A DNA stretch of 60,476 nucleotides, filler included, from Globobulimina sp. (GCA_003354225.1; 13 parts of 13 records of this genome joined end to end with filler, not necessarily neighbours in it), one strand, 5' to 3'; positions 10,906-24,328 are shown, numbered from the whole stretch's first letter. Program-made: numbers and translations. Notes: generated by a model not told the origin, from the sequence alone.

Positions 10906-11636
10906 ATGTTGCTCTCATTAGCTTTGCTTGCTGCATTTTTATGCTTATGCAACCCTCAACAATTTAAAGCAGATCGTCAACAGATTACAAAAGTTTGTAC
11001 TTTTGAAGTTCAACAATATTGCCCAAACAGATTGAAACAAATAACATGTTTATTTGAAAACAAACATAAATTGTCAGCAAAATGTATTGATGCGATGAAA
11101 GTCACACCATTAGTTACGTTTAATTTATGTTTAAATTGTATTGCATTAAAACATTTATCGTTGGAAATATAAATATTCAGATGAGTTGCATGAATCAGTT
11201 AGAAATATGTGTTGATTATGTCAGTAAAGGAAGGCAAAGCACGATTCATTGTTTATTAAATGCACACAAGACTGGAAAATTAAAATTATCATCGAACAAT
11301 ACTTGTCTCCAACATTTAAAAAAATTGCAATACGCACATATAACATTAGAATATGGTTTCCCTGATGATATTATTAGTAATCAAACGATAAACAACATTG
11401 CATCTCAAAACCATGGAGGAGATGAACATTTGATCCAACAACAAAAGACATTAATAAATAATAACTGGATCGATATATCAGCAGCAACCATGCTCATTGT
11501 CACCAAATTAGTGTTTTATACGTTGATATCAATGTTAGTGTGTTTGAAATGCCAATTATGCAAAACTGCAATGGACGACGTCCAATTACCACCAGAATTG
11601 TTGCAAGAATATGAATCTGAATTGTTAGAAAATTGA
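10906..11636 (+). CDS. Small type I membrane protein with Cys-rich (GLG1-like) repeats; intron 11113-11180
   Basis: Signal peptide, two C-x6/7-C...CL...L...C repeats and a C-terminal TM helix. Phase-0 intron joins the two ORFs. Confidence 0.6.
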
Positions 11637-11993
11637 ATATTGTATGTCATGTAATAAAGGAAGATGTATACATTGTTGTGATTGTACTTGAGTCACATAA
11701 CCAATATCAAATTTATTTGCCACACTCAGTGCAATACGCTTTGGATCTTAACGATATATTACATTTGGATAACCCCGCCCCTTTGTATACATTCCATTCA
11801 ATTATATATTTGTTATAACTTTGTGCTGGATTTGAAAATTAACCCAAGACAAAGTTATAACAACCCACGCAACCATTTCTGTATAAAAAGTATATAATTT
11901 TTAAATTAAATCTGTTTCAAACAAAATTCTGTTCAAAAGTATCCTTAAAATGAACGTAGCATAAAAAGTTTTCTACAGCGTCTAGTGTTAACC

Positions 11994-13632
11994 ATGGTAA
12001 ACAAAGAGCATGCGCTCCAATCAGAACTCCGAGAGGAAGTAATGAAATTAATCTGGTTAGCCATTCCATTGGTTACTTCATTTGCAACTGGCTATTCCAG
12101 CAGAATATTAACAGCAATATTTGCGGGTCAATATCTAAGCCTCGATGAATTTGACGCCGTTGCATTGGGAAACACGATGACAAATATTACAGGATACTCT
12201 ATGATCATTGCTTTTGTGTCACCAATGGATTCATTATGCACTCAAGCCAACGGTGCCAAGAATTGGAAGTTATATTCACTGACTGTCCACAGAGCATTGA
12301 TCTGCAGCTCGTTGTTTTTAATCCCTATCATCATTTTATGGTTTTTCATGTATCCGCTGTTAATATCATGTGGCCAGGACCCCATCATAGCGTATAATGT
12401 GTATAAATGGACCATGATTTATATCGTCGTATTGCCGGCATATGTTTGTTTGTCCGTTGCTCGGAGATTCTTGTCTTCTCAGGTTTGCATCAAACATTTT
12501 ATTGCACTGTTTCCCATTCATTAATTTTAATTTATTCCTTAAGGCCATTGCTAAGCCATTACTGTATTTAGGTGTCATTGTTTATTGCATTTGGCATCCA
12601 TTGTGGTTACTATTCATATTCGTTTATTTGGCAAAACGAGACTTTATTTGGGCTCCGATATGCAATGTTGTCACAATCTATCTGTATACGCTGAGCATCA
12701 TTGTATATTGCATGATATTCAAACCTCACAACCCGTTGTCTTTTCAATCCATGCCACTCTCAAAAATCATGAAATGGCAAACAAATTGGAAACTGGACAC
12801 ATTGCTAAATAAACATAGCAACATTGGCAATAATATTGGTGTGATAGATAAAGGGATGCGGGAATACGTTATCTTGCTCATTGCCGGCATCTTTTCCATG
12901 TGCGCAGAATGGTGGTCGTGGGAAGTCATCACTATTTTGTCCGGATTGTTAGGTCCCACACAGTTGGCCGTCCATGTCATATTTGCAACTATTATGCCTT
13001 TGTATTATATGATTCCTTTAGGTGTCGGGCTTGCGGCCGCCTCCATAATCGGTAAATTAATCGGAGAAAATCGTTTTTATTTGGCCAAATATTTAGGTGT
13101 TGCCGTGTTGTGCTTTACGGCGATGGAATGTTGCATTTTGGCGATTGTTTCATTTCTTATTCGTGGATATATTCCACATTTATTTAGCAATGATGAGAGT
13201 GTCATTGTTATTGCAGTGCAGTTGTCGCCGCTCTTTTGTTTGTTTATTTTATGGGATGGATTTCAGGGATCTTTTCAAGGCGTTTTACGCGGCATCAAAA
13301 AACAAGGAAAGTCTGTCATTGGTGTTGTGATTGGGCCGTGGCTAATTACTATACCTTTAGCGTGCACATTGGCATTTAATCCAAGTCTGAATCTCAAGAT
13401 ATTTGGAATGTGGATCGCAAATAATTGCGGATACTTTGTTATGAATCTTGTCTTTTTATATGTGTTTTTAACCTTTGATTGGGAGCAAAAGGAGAAAAGT
13501 GTTGAAAAGGAAGAACATCAAAAACAAATAATTGAGAGGAAAATGGATGAGAAATATCTGCAAATTCCCGTATCAATCAATGTTTCACACTTTTCTGCGT
13601 TTATAAATTTGCAATCGCTTCGAAATAGTTGA
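11994..13632 (+). CDS. MATE family (SLC47-like) efflux transporter; intron 12483-12543
   Basis: DSLCTQANGAK, MCAEWWSWE, IGKLIGE and DGFQ...GVLRG motifs with ~12 TM helices; a phase-0 intron restores the frame. Confidence 0.92.
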
Positions 13633-14504
13633 CGATCCAGCGATGGTTAGTGAAAAAATGTTAATATTTTTGCATTACACTTTACTTGAAAGGTTTTCAC
13701 AGACTCAGAAAAAGTGCTCAAAAAAGTTTTTTATACAGTTTTTAATAGTTGTGATGGATGCTTTTGCCAAGCCCCACATCAGCGTTTTATTAAAGGATAG
13801 TGAGTCAATACAAGCAAGTAATAACTGGAATGAGGCAAACACTTATTGCAATTGCAAAACATTAACATATCAAGAAAAAGGAGAATTAATATTCCNNNNN
13901 NNNNNNNNNNNNNNNNNNNNNNNNNNNNNNNNNNNNNNNTTAATTAATTAANNNNNNNNNNNNNNNNNNNNNNNNNNNNNNNNNNNNNNNNNNNNTTTGC
14001 GGTTTCTTAAATTTATTTGATGCATTGTGTTTTTTGTATTTTTATATTATTGCTTAATTCATATTAATTCTTATCGTTTATTGAATTGTTTAATTATTAT
14101 TCTCTTTTGCTTTTTTATTATGACTGTTTAATTCTCATTGTCATATTTTTAAGATTTTTGTATATTTTAATATTTATCATTATTTTCTCATGCAATAAAT
14201 CTTTGCCAAGCAATCAAAAACCAGTGCTTAAAACAATCAAGAGATCTTATTTTAATCACATTTGCGTTAATTTTATTTCTTCCCATAATTGAAATCGTGA
14301 TGTTACTCTACATATTTAGTTAGCTTTAAAGCTATTATTTTTAATATCTGCTATTTGTTTTGTTTTTTTATTGGATTTAATTTAAAATGGTAGGATCCCA
14401 TTCACTCACCACACCGCCGTTGTGGTGTATGTAAAGTATGTATTTTAATATTTATTACAAATTTTGTTTACTAAATTAAAACCTTGAAAGATAAATATAT
14501 AAAC

Positions 14505-16483
14505 ATGTCAGTTTTAGACGAATTTAAACAACGCGCAAATGCCGCAGAGGAACAAATAAAAATATTAAAAGAGAGATTACATTTATTAGAATCCCAACTC
14601 GATGATACAGAATCAAAATCCAATCTTATTTTAGGTGCACCATCCTCAATGGCTGACGACTTCCAATTAAATTTACGATATTTGTGTGAGAGGGGTTGTA
14701 AAGTTCAGCCGCATTCAGAAATCGTGACAAGAATAGCAAACGGTAAATACCATCGGATGACATATTTAGAAGCACAAAAAACCGCAACAAAAATCGCAAT
14801 CGCATTATCACAAAAATTAAACATCGGCATTGGTGATAGAATTGGTACATTTATGTGGAATAACGGCAGACATATGTGCTTATATTATGGCGTGCCATCC
14901 ATGGGAGCGGTGTTACATACATTAAATATCCGACTGTCCAATGCCGAGCTATCGTATATTATCAATCACGCACAGGATCGCGTCATATTTGTGGATGCCA
15001 CATTACTACCAAAATTTGAACAGATTGACAGTAATACCTTATCATCACTGGATTGCATTGTAATATGTGGTGCAAACGAGGCTCAATGGCAAGGAAAATC
15101 TGACAAATTAGCAGCATTGACCACTGTTATTGATTTTGATGAGTTGATATCCGTCGATGATGAAAAATGTCCACCATTTAAGTGGCCAAATTTAGATGAA
15201 AAGTCCGGTGCAGCGCTATGTTATACAAGTTGTGTGTTTATTATATATAGTTACTGATTGATATATGTCTTCTATAATTAGGTGGAACCACTGGTAATCC
15301 AAAAGGAGTAATGTACAGTCACAGATCGTGTTATTTGCAGACATTAATGTGTATGGGAACAGATATTATGAATATCAGTGGAAGTGACTGCGTATTGCCT
15401 GTCGTGCCAATGTTTCACGCATTGTCCTGGGTCACTCCATTCAGTGCCTTCTGTTTAGGTATAATTATTATGTTTCTGTCTATTTTCCTGTGTATACCAA
15501 TCAACAACTCGTTCCCCCACAAACACACAGGATATAAATACGTATTATATAATTGTTTCAGAGCACCCACTGATTTTTTGGATATGGTTTGCGATCAACG
15601 GGTAACTTTATTATTAGGTGTACCGACCATATTAAATGGCATTAAAGCCAGCATGCAAAAGCCGGATATATTCAATAAATACGCCTCCGCTATAAAAGCA
15701 AGCTGGAATCGGGCAGTATGTGGTGGCTCCGCACCCTCTCCGAGTGTGATCAAATGGTTTTGGGATGAACTGGATATCGAAGTAATTCATGGTTGGGGTA
15801 TGACGGAAACAAACCCCATTGGCAGTATTGCTCGCCGTGTGTCGCGAAGATGCGATTTGTTAAAGACAGATGAGGAGAAATATGAGAATCAGATCCCGCA
15901 GGGATTGGTCGTCCCGATGGTGGATATTAAGATTGTGAAACCAGATAATTATGCGCAGGACTTGGAAAATGATGGGGAGGCTATGGGTGAATTACTAATT
16001 CGCGGACCAATGGTAGTTAGGCAGTATTACAAAATCGATGCAAAACATAAGTTTTATAATGGCTGGTTATTAACCGGTGATATTGCGTCCATACAAAGTG
16101 ATTATTTGCTATGTTTACGCGACCGATCGAAGGATTTAATAAAATCTGGAGGCGAATGGATATCGTCAGTGGCAGTGGAAAATGAATTGATTGGCATGGG
16201 CAATATTGGCAAAGTGGCAGTGGTTGGCGTTCCTCATCAAAAATATCAAGAGAGACCAATTGCAATTATTGAGTTGATTGACGACAATAAAACGCCGCCT
16301 TCTTTGCAGGAGGTAAGAGATTTTTTAATGGAAAGTGGCAAATTTAGTAAATTTCAATTGCCGGATGATGTGCTATTCGATAAAATAGCATTGACTGGAA
16401 CTGGCAAAATGAGTAAAAAATTATGTAGGGAGAAATTGAAAAAAGAAAATTATGTTTTACCGCAATTCAGAAAAAATCAATAA
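14505..16483 (+). CDS. Fatty-acyl-CoA ligase, AlkK/DmdB-like (ANL superfamily); introns 15229-15281 and 15459-15530
   Basis: Splicing restores the P-loop YTSGTTGNPKG; also GAVLHTLNIRL, VPMFHA, WGMTET, GWLLTGD and DRSKDLIKSGGEWISS. Confidence 0.92.
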
Positions 16484-16545
16484 CTTAAAAGCTTTAATTT
16501 TAACATTTATTATTTTAATTTACTTTCTCTAAATTCAGCTTTGAC

Positions 16546-18496
16546 ATGCTTGCAAACTGGGTTCTATTGCATTTGCTGATGGTGTTTGGACTATGTTCTC
16601 CACCAATAAGCCAAGGCAATTTCATCAATTCAGGAACTCCAACTGCTATCACCTTAAGTTTCGATTGTGCAGTAAGAGAATATGCATATTCGTATGGTAA
16701 ATCTATGCAACCGCGACATGGTGATTTTGTTGAATTATTTGATGCATTACAATTGCAAGCATGCAATATGACACGTCCATCATCGCACAGATCCACCACA
16801 TGGTCGCCACCCACATCTTCTATGAGTGCAAAAGCAAACGATTGTATTTTTTATGTTGATTCGAGTAAAGGCAATGACAACAATGATGGTTCCATAACAT
16901 CACCATTTCAAACCATACAAAAAGGGATAACAACTGCAAGAACAACGAGATCAACACCAACTGAATTATGCACATTATATCTCAGAAACGGTACATTTTA
17001 CATCGCAAATTCCATACTATTAACAGCAAACGATTCATATTTAACAATCCAAAATTATAATGCTGAAAAAGTAACCATTTCTGGTGGGGTTCCATTACAA
17101 TATGATGGCGATTGGGATTTAGTAAATTATGAGCCAACCGACTGGAAAATATATAATAATTCAAATAATTGCTGGAGACGCTCTGGTACCACGACTTCCA
17201 ATGATTTAATTCGATGGTTTGGTACTTTTCAAACTTTAGCTGAATGTATAACCACTATGAAAAACGCACAGACTTCCAAGAAATATGGTACTTTCTATGG
17301 CTTATGTTGGAATGACCCGGCTATTGGACCGCCATATGGCGGACAGTGCTATGGCATTCACGACATTTCTTTCCAGCCTATGCAGCAAAATAATATATAT
17401 TCTGCAAGATTTGAAGGCAGAAATATATGGAGTGTCAAAATTAAAAATGTTGACCAAATTGGGAATAATATTCCAGGTTTGGACACTTTTGCCATATGAT
17501 TTTTTATATAATTATTTCCAACAGGTTTGAGGGTGAATAATGCTCGCGGCATTCGGGCGAGATATCCCGATCAGATCACAGAAACAGGCATGCAATTTGA
17601 TGCAATTTCCGGCTGGATACCGTATGCAACAAAATGGGAAGCACCAACAAAATATGCACCTCCAACCAATGTGATATATACAGCTGATAACTATGCAAAT
17701 GAAACAAATGTCGTATGGCCAATGGTCATACCTGGTTACAACAATACAAATCAATACACAGGAATGGGTAATTGGGGGGAACACCATATTGGTGTTGGTG
17801 GAACATGCAATCATGACGGCATTGAACCAAATTATGGGTATTGGTGTTCTGCTAATTCTCCGCGCGGTGCACAATATCAACATGTTTCTCCATCTGGAAT
17901 TTATTTGGATTCCGCCATGTTACCGTATGGACCATATAAAAATCTCTCTGGAGCGGTGTTTCAAACGTGGCGACCGGGACATTGGTACACTATGATGTTT
18001 GATGTTGATTCTGATGATCGCTATAACAGACAAACAGGGCTTGTTAACTTTAGTTATGGTGGATTCCAAGGTGGGGAAGGTACTGCAACCGGAGCTGAAT
18101 GGTATATCGAGGTAAGAGGTGTAATCATATTGTTTTTTGTTGATAAATTTCATTTTTTGTTGTTGTTTTTGAAAGAATGTATATGAAGAATTGACGATGC
18201 CGAATGAATATTTTTACAATACCAGCACGAATCGATTGTATTTCTATTATAATTCAAGCAAAAATGAAGCACCGCCTAGTGATTTAACCTTAGTTGCAAC
18301 GCATACGAAGGTTTTGTTTAATATTAGTGGTTCACAGAACGTTGCTGTTAAAAATATTAGTTTTGAAGGCATTGAATTCAGAGATACTGCATATTCATAC
18401 TTAGATCCACACGGAATGGTATGTTGTTACATTCATTAACATACATGTATAAAATATTGAATTCAAACGATGGAAACATAAATAAATAGCCAAGTG
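16546..18496 (+). CDS. Secreted right-handed beta-helix protein (GH141-like), 3'-truncated; introns 17477-17524, 18112-18175, 18419-18489
   Basis: Signal peptide; FYVD..GNDNNDGS...PFQTI, LRNGTFY, TISGG, ARYP, GGFQG, WYIENVYEEL..PNEYFY and FEGIEFRDTAY motifs; Cys-containing apple-like insert. Confidence 0.75.
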
Positions 18497-18658
18497 GTAT
18501 GGTTGTTACATTACATATTGAATGAGACTGAAATATTCAAATCAAACTGTATATATACNNNNNNNNNNNNNNNNNNNNNNNNNNNNNNNNNNNNNNNNNN
18601 NNTTAATTAATTAANNNNNNNNNNNNNNNNNNNNNNNNNNNNNNNNNNNNNNNNNNNN

Positions 18659-21600
18659 ATATGTATAGCAAACCATCACACACATGCGCATGCAATCACA
18701 CACATGCGCACGAATTTATAATACGTTCATCAATGCTAACATGTATGCGCGCACACGCGTGCGCTCATACTTGCATATCAGCACATGCATGTGCGCACGC
18801 GAATCGATGCGGTCGTACGTTCAATCAAACACTTGCATATACGTGCGTGAGTGAACCACTCAACAATGCATATACACATGCATGAATGCGCACACGCGAA
18901 CACATGCACTCGCATGCATACATGCATGCACATCAACGAGCACATGTGTACGACCACATGCGCACACATGCATGCATGCACACATCAAGTGACTCATGCA
19001 TCAATTTGTACATGTGCATTCATGAATGTGTGCATACACACATTCATACACACAACTGATCCGGCATTCATATTCATATACACGCGCATGCACGCACACA
19101 TGTGAACACCTGCTTACATGCGCACATGCGTATACATTGATGCATGATCGGTTGCAGTGGTGCGTGTATGCCGTCACACACATACATCATGTATGAACGC
19201 ATGCACATGGGCATGTCCATATCCATACACACTTGCACACATGCATGCATGCATACATGCACGCGTGCACACATGTGCATGCACATCCGTTTGCACGCAC
19301 CATCACATGCATACACATGCTCACAACATATACGCATGTACGCGTTGTCATGATCATGGTCATGCACACAGACATATTCACACATGTATGAGGGCGCATA
19401 CGTATGTGCGTGTGTGTGCGTACATATTGCACATGCGTTTACATATGCATGCGCGAACCTTAATACCTATGTACATGCATACGCACATGCATACATGCGC
19501 GCACACATACATGCACACACACACGCGCATTCATGCCTACATTAGTACGCACACACAAGCCCATAGTTACGCAGGAGCAGGCACACACTTGCATGGCACT
19601 TCCCAACCCCTGACGAATGCAAAAACCCGCATGCATTTGTATGCACACATGCATGCATTCATCGAGGAGTGTACATGCGCGCACGACCCCGCTAATTATA
19701 CATACCATTCGTAATTGCATGGACAGATGATCACGCACATGTGCACACCAACATGTATTGATGCATGCGCGCAACGCATATTCATGTTAACGCATTCATG
19801 CTTCCGTATGCGCATGAGTACACATAATTGCATATGTGCGCCATGCAAGTATGCACAAATGCGCAAACCAATGTGCATGTGTGCATGCATACATACATGT
19901 CACCGCCCTCCAACACATGCATTCATGCACGCATGCATCATACACGCACATGCGTCCGTGCGTATTCGAATGCGTGCATGCATGTGCGCGTGCACACATG
20001 GACGCATGCCATACATGCATACACATACGTTCACACACTCATGCATAACATTATTCATGCACGCACGCATGCATGCATTTGCGCATACACCACAACTTAC
20101 ACTCATGCGCACACACACGGGCGTGCGCACATGGACTGCCATTGGCACACTCGTACATCACGTATTACATAATTTGGGTGCATGCATATGGGCAACCCAC
20201 GTGTGTATCAACATGCATGTGCGCAAACACCCGCATGCATGAATGTGTTCACACACGCACATGCATGCGTACATGTATGTATATGTGAACGTACAAGCTT
20301 CTATGAATAGTGTAATATACTCACATATATGCATATTCATGCGCGTATTATGTTTATAGTGCATGCGCACGTTCACACATTCACACTCATTTGTTTACGC
20401 ACACGCATGCGAACATGCATGCACACATACCAGTGCGCGTAGACGAGCACGCTTGAACGCATCCATACATACATGCAAACACATGCGTATGGTTGCATGC
20501 GCGTATGATTGCGAACCTGCACATACGCGCACACATAAGCTTGCGGGCGCATTCAGTTTGGCATACATGCGTGCATTCACACACGCACGCGCACGCATGC
20601 ATGCGTGATCATGTACATGTGTGAATGCACGCATACGTGCATGCGTGCATGAATGCACGCCACACATATGAACATTCACACCTCGAACATGTGCGTTGTG
20701 TTGTTCGACCGATGGGCGGCGCGCGCAGCGGCAGCAGCCTTCCAGGCGACACATGTGTTGTCGATGGCGTTGTGGTTTGCAAGTTGCCCCTTCATTCACA
20801 CGGCGCCATCGGCGGGTGATCAACAACCAAATCGATGTGTATTGCGCAAACAACCGCCAGCGAGCAATCATGGCTTGCATATACGTTTCGTAGGATTGTC
20901 GACACATTGCATACATTGGTCCGTATGCGTGTGTTGTTGTATCGGGATGTATACTATTGGTGCCATGTGTGCGCCGCTGGTATATGTTGAGAATGCTGTT
21001 CAGGGATTGCAAATGCAATAAGCACACAGCGCATGCACGCATGGTTGTATGTATATGCGCATTGGATACATATATGCATGCACAATTACATGAACGAACA
21101 ACGTAATGCATGCACACAAACATTCACATACATGCGCGCATGCGCACGCACCAATTCATGTACAACAGACTGTTGCAATGCATGCACACAGACTTGCAGA
21201 GTTGCGTATGCATGCACATGAATTCAAGTACATACGCGGGCGTGCTCGAATCAGTGCATGCATACGCACATGCGCAGCCACGCACATGCACAATCACAAG
21301 CACATTCATTCACGCCCGTAGCTGCATATATGATTGCATACTCGCATGCGAATATTATTGCATTCACGATTGCAACACACATGAACATGTCTACGCACGT
21401 TTATGATTCACATTCACACATACGTACAGCAATTCATGCGTGCGCATACAGGCATACATACATACTTGCGTGCACGCATGTTCGCACATGCACATGAATG
21501 GGCGCCATCGTGTATGGTTGCGCGTGTGTGCGCCATCGTTTGCATGCAAGTGCACCCATACACACGTGCAGTGTAGGGTGTATGAGTGCACCCATGCACA

Positions 21601-23220
21601 CAGTTGCGCGTGGATACACATGCACACGCACACACACGTGTATATGTACACATGCATGTATTAACCACTTCGCACACGCACGCACACGTATGCGCACGAA
21701 CCACATTCCATGCATGCATACGTGCTCACGCACATAGGTGGATGCATACGCGCATGCGCGCACCCATGCACACGCATGCATACATGCACACATGCGTGCA
21801 CACAGTCATACATGCATACACACGCATGCACACACGCATGTACATATACACTTGCGCACATTAGTGCGTGCATGAATACGTATGCATACACGCATACATG
21901 CGTTGGTGCACACACACACGTTTACGCAAGTGCATGCATTCATGGGCATGCATGTGCACACACACGCATTCACGTGCACACTTGTATACACACACCACCG
22001 TATGCATGCATGCATGTACGTGCAAGTGCACTCACGCGGGCACATGCGCACAATCACATTCACAATGCCGTGTGTTCGTGCATGCCAACATACGAGCACA
22101 TACACACACATGCATGCACTCATTGTTTATGCATTCATACATGCATACATGTGCCTACACCCACACACGCGCACACAGCCATGCGCGCACGATCGCATGC
22201 CCACTTACATGTTTACACACTCACATACACTCACTATACCTACACCCAATGCCCCATTTACGTACACGCATATGCATGCGGACCGACACATGCATGAACA
22301 TTCGTGCACCCACATACACGTGTGCGAATGTACGATGCATAACATACGTTTACACACACGCATGCACACCCGCACATGCATGACCATACACCTTAATATG
22401 TACCCAGTGTGCACCCACTTGCACTTATATGTGGCATGTGTGTACACTTTTTGCATACGCATATGCACACATATGCATGCGCACGGACACTCGCGCACAC
22501 GCCACGCCACCTCTGCGTGCCCACATGCATACATACTCATCTAGGCACATACATGCGTGCATGATCATATTTGCACATGCATATGCGTATATGCATACAG
22601 GCGTACATATGTGCACACACATGCACCCACATGCATGAACATCACCCACACCACACCGCATTCATGCACACGCATGCGCGAGTTGATGCGTTTTCACAAA
22701 TCCACGTTCACGCGCAGCTATGCAGGCGCACACACACTTAAGTATAAGTGTGCACAATTATGCACACGCATTCGTGAGTGCGTGCGTAGGCATAACACTT
22801 ATATGCATGCATACATATGTATGCACGCACGGCACACGCATGCGTATGCGCACGCATGTGATCATGATTGCATGCATGCGTGCATACATGCCAACAACAT
22901 TATCACCCACAGCAAGTAACCATCATGGCTTGCATATACGTTTCGTAGGATTGTCGACACATGGCATACATTGGTCCGTATGTGTGTGTTGTTGTATCGG
23001 GATGTATACTATTGGTGCCATGTTTGCGCCGCTGGTATATGTTAAGAATGCTGTTCAGGGATTGAAAATACAATACGCACACAGCGCATGCACGCATGGT
23101 TGTATGTATATGCGCATTGGATACATACATGCATACACAATTACATGAACGAACAACGTAATGCATGCACACAAACATTCACATACATGCGCGCATGCGC
23201 ACGCACCAATTCATGTACAA
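18659..23220. repeat. Low-complexity purine-pyrimidine-alternating (CA/TG/CG/TA) DNA filling a whole contig
   Basis: Dominated by CACA, GCATGC, ATAC and GCGC words with no fixed period. The many overlapping H/M/C/T/A-rich ORFs are compositional artefacts. Confidence 0.93.
20867..21165 (+). repeat. 299-bp direct repeat, copy 1 (copy 2 at 22922-23220)
   Basis: Hand alignment gives 9 substitutions and no indels; offset 2055 bp. Confidence 0.93.
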
Positions 23221-23613
23221 NNNNNNNNNNNNNNNNNNNNNNNNNNNNNNNNNNNNNNNNNNNNTTAATTAATTAANNNNNNNNNNNNNNNNNNNNNNNN
23301 NNNNNNNNNNNNNNNNNNNNATATACCAATACAATCTGTATATTTGCTGTCAAGAAAATGTATGTATTTGTTTGTTTTTCTGCTGAGTTTGTGCATTATG
23401 TTTTGTTCAGGAATCAAGTTAGTTGTTGCTTTGAGTGTACAAAAACTTTGTTAAATACATTTTAAAATACAATATATATTATTTGAGTGTTCCTGATAAT
23501 TTATATATTATTTGAGCTAATATATTCAAACAATGGGGAACCTATCAAGTGATAATATATGATAATACATTCAAAGAGATAGCACCTTTCATTTGGTGTA
23601 TGAATCAGATGAA

Positions 23614-23699
23614 AACTATGAAGCTGGCAAATTTAGCAAAGCTTCATAGTTCTGCAAAAATGCTTCATAGTTATGCAAAAATCCTTCATAGTTCTGCAA
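23614..23699. repeat. Inverted plus three tandem copies of a ~21-bp unit (CTTCATAGTT core)
   Basis: AACTATGAAGC at 23614 is the reverse complement of GCTTCATAGTT at 23641; further copies follow at ~23662 and ~23684. Confidence 0.8.
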
Positions 23700-24328
23700 C
23701 TCCGCTAACCACAGCTGCTATTTTTTGCAATTATAATCATAATCTGGATTGACAGTATTTTTGTCATCTGGATTGATTAAAGTTGATGCTCAAATTTAGT
23801 ATAGATGATCACCTCTCCATAGTACTTTATTACTGCGCTGAGTATCTGAAGCAAATGTTTATACTAGCTCAATGGTCATAAATTTATTTTTAGCAATCAA
23901 CACTGTAAAGATTGCATTTTTTTCGAATGACATTAATTGTTTTCTGTCATGAAATTGAAAATACTCATAATTGATAATTTTACAATCAAATATTCAGCAC
24001 AAAGTAGGCTCATCTGGAATTTCTACATTTAACTCACTGATTGCTGCTAAAACTGTTTTTTATTGAATGATTGACACAGTAGCAGTTTTTATTTAGGAAA
24101 AATAGCAGCTTTAATTGACACAGTAACGCAATGTTGAGAGATCTTTGTAAACTGTTTGTGTTTTATTAGTTTTGTGATTTTAATCGCTGAAAATCTCAGT
24201 TTTGTGATGCTTACATTTTAATTCAAACAGCTTATGTACATGAGCACTATTGTTTTGTGCTGTAATGTTAATTTTGCTCATTTCAAAGTAGCAAAATTAA
24301 AAAATACACTCTTTACTTAGTATTTATC

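Noticed and set aside
13996..14480. Hydrophobic 68-aa ORF and similar short F/L/I-rich ORFs (4333, 26489, 38757)
   Set aside because: Translations of T-rich intergenic DNA.
18661..23276. Dozens of overlapping His/Cys/Met-rich ORFs (metal-binding or multiheme-like)
   Set aside because: They appear in all six frames because RY-alternating DNA rarely forms stop codons; there is no consistent frame or domain.
23614..23699. Possible mini CRISPR array
   Set aside because: The ~21-bp units are directly adjacent with no unique spacers, there are no cas genes, and the context is eukaryotic.
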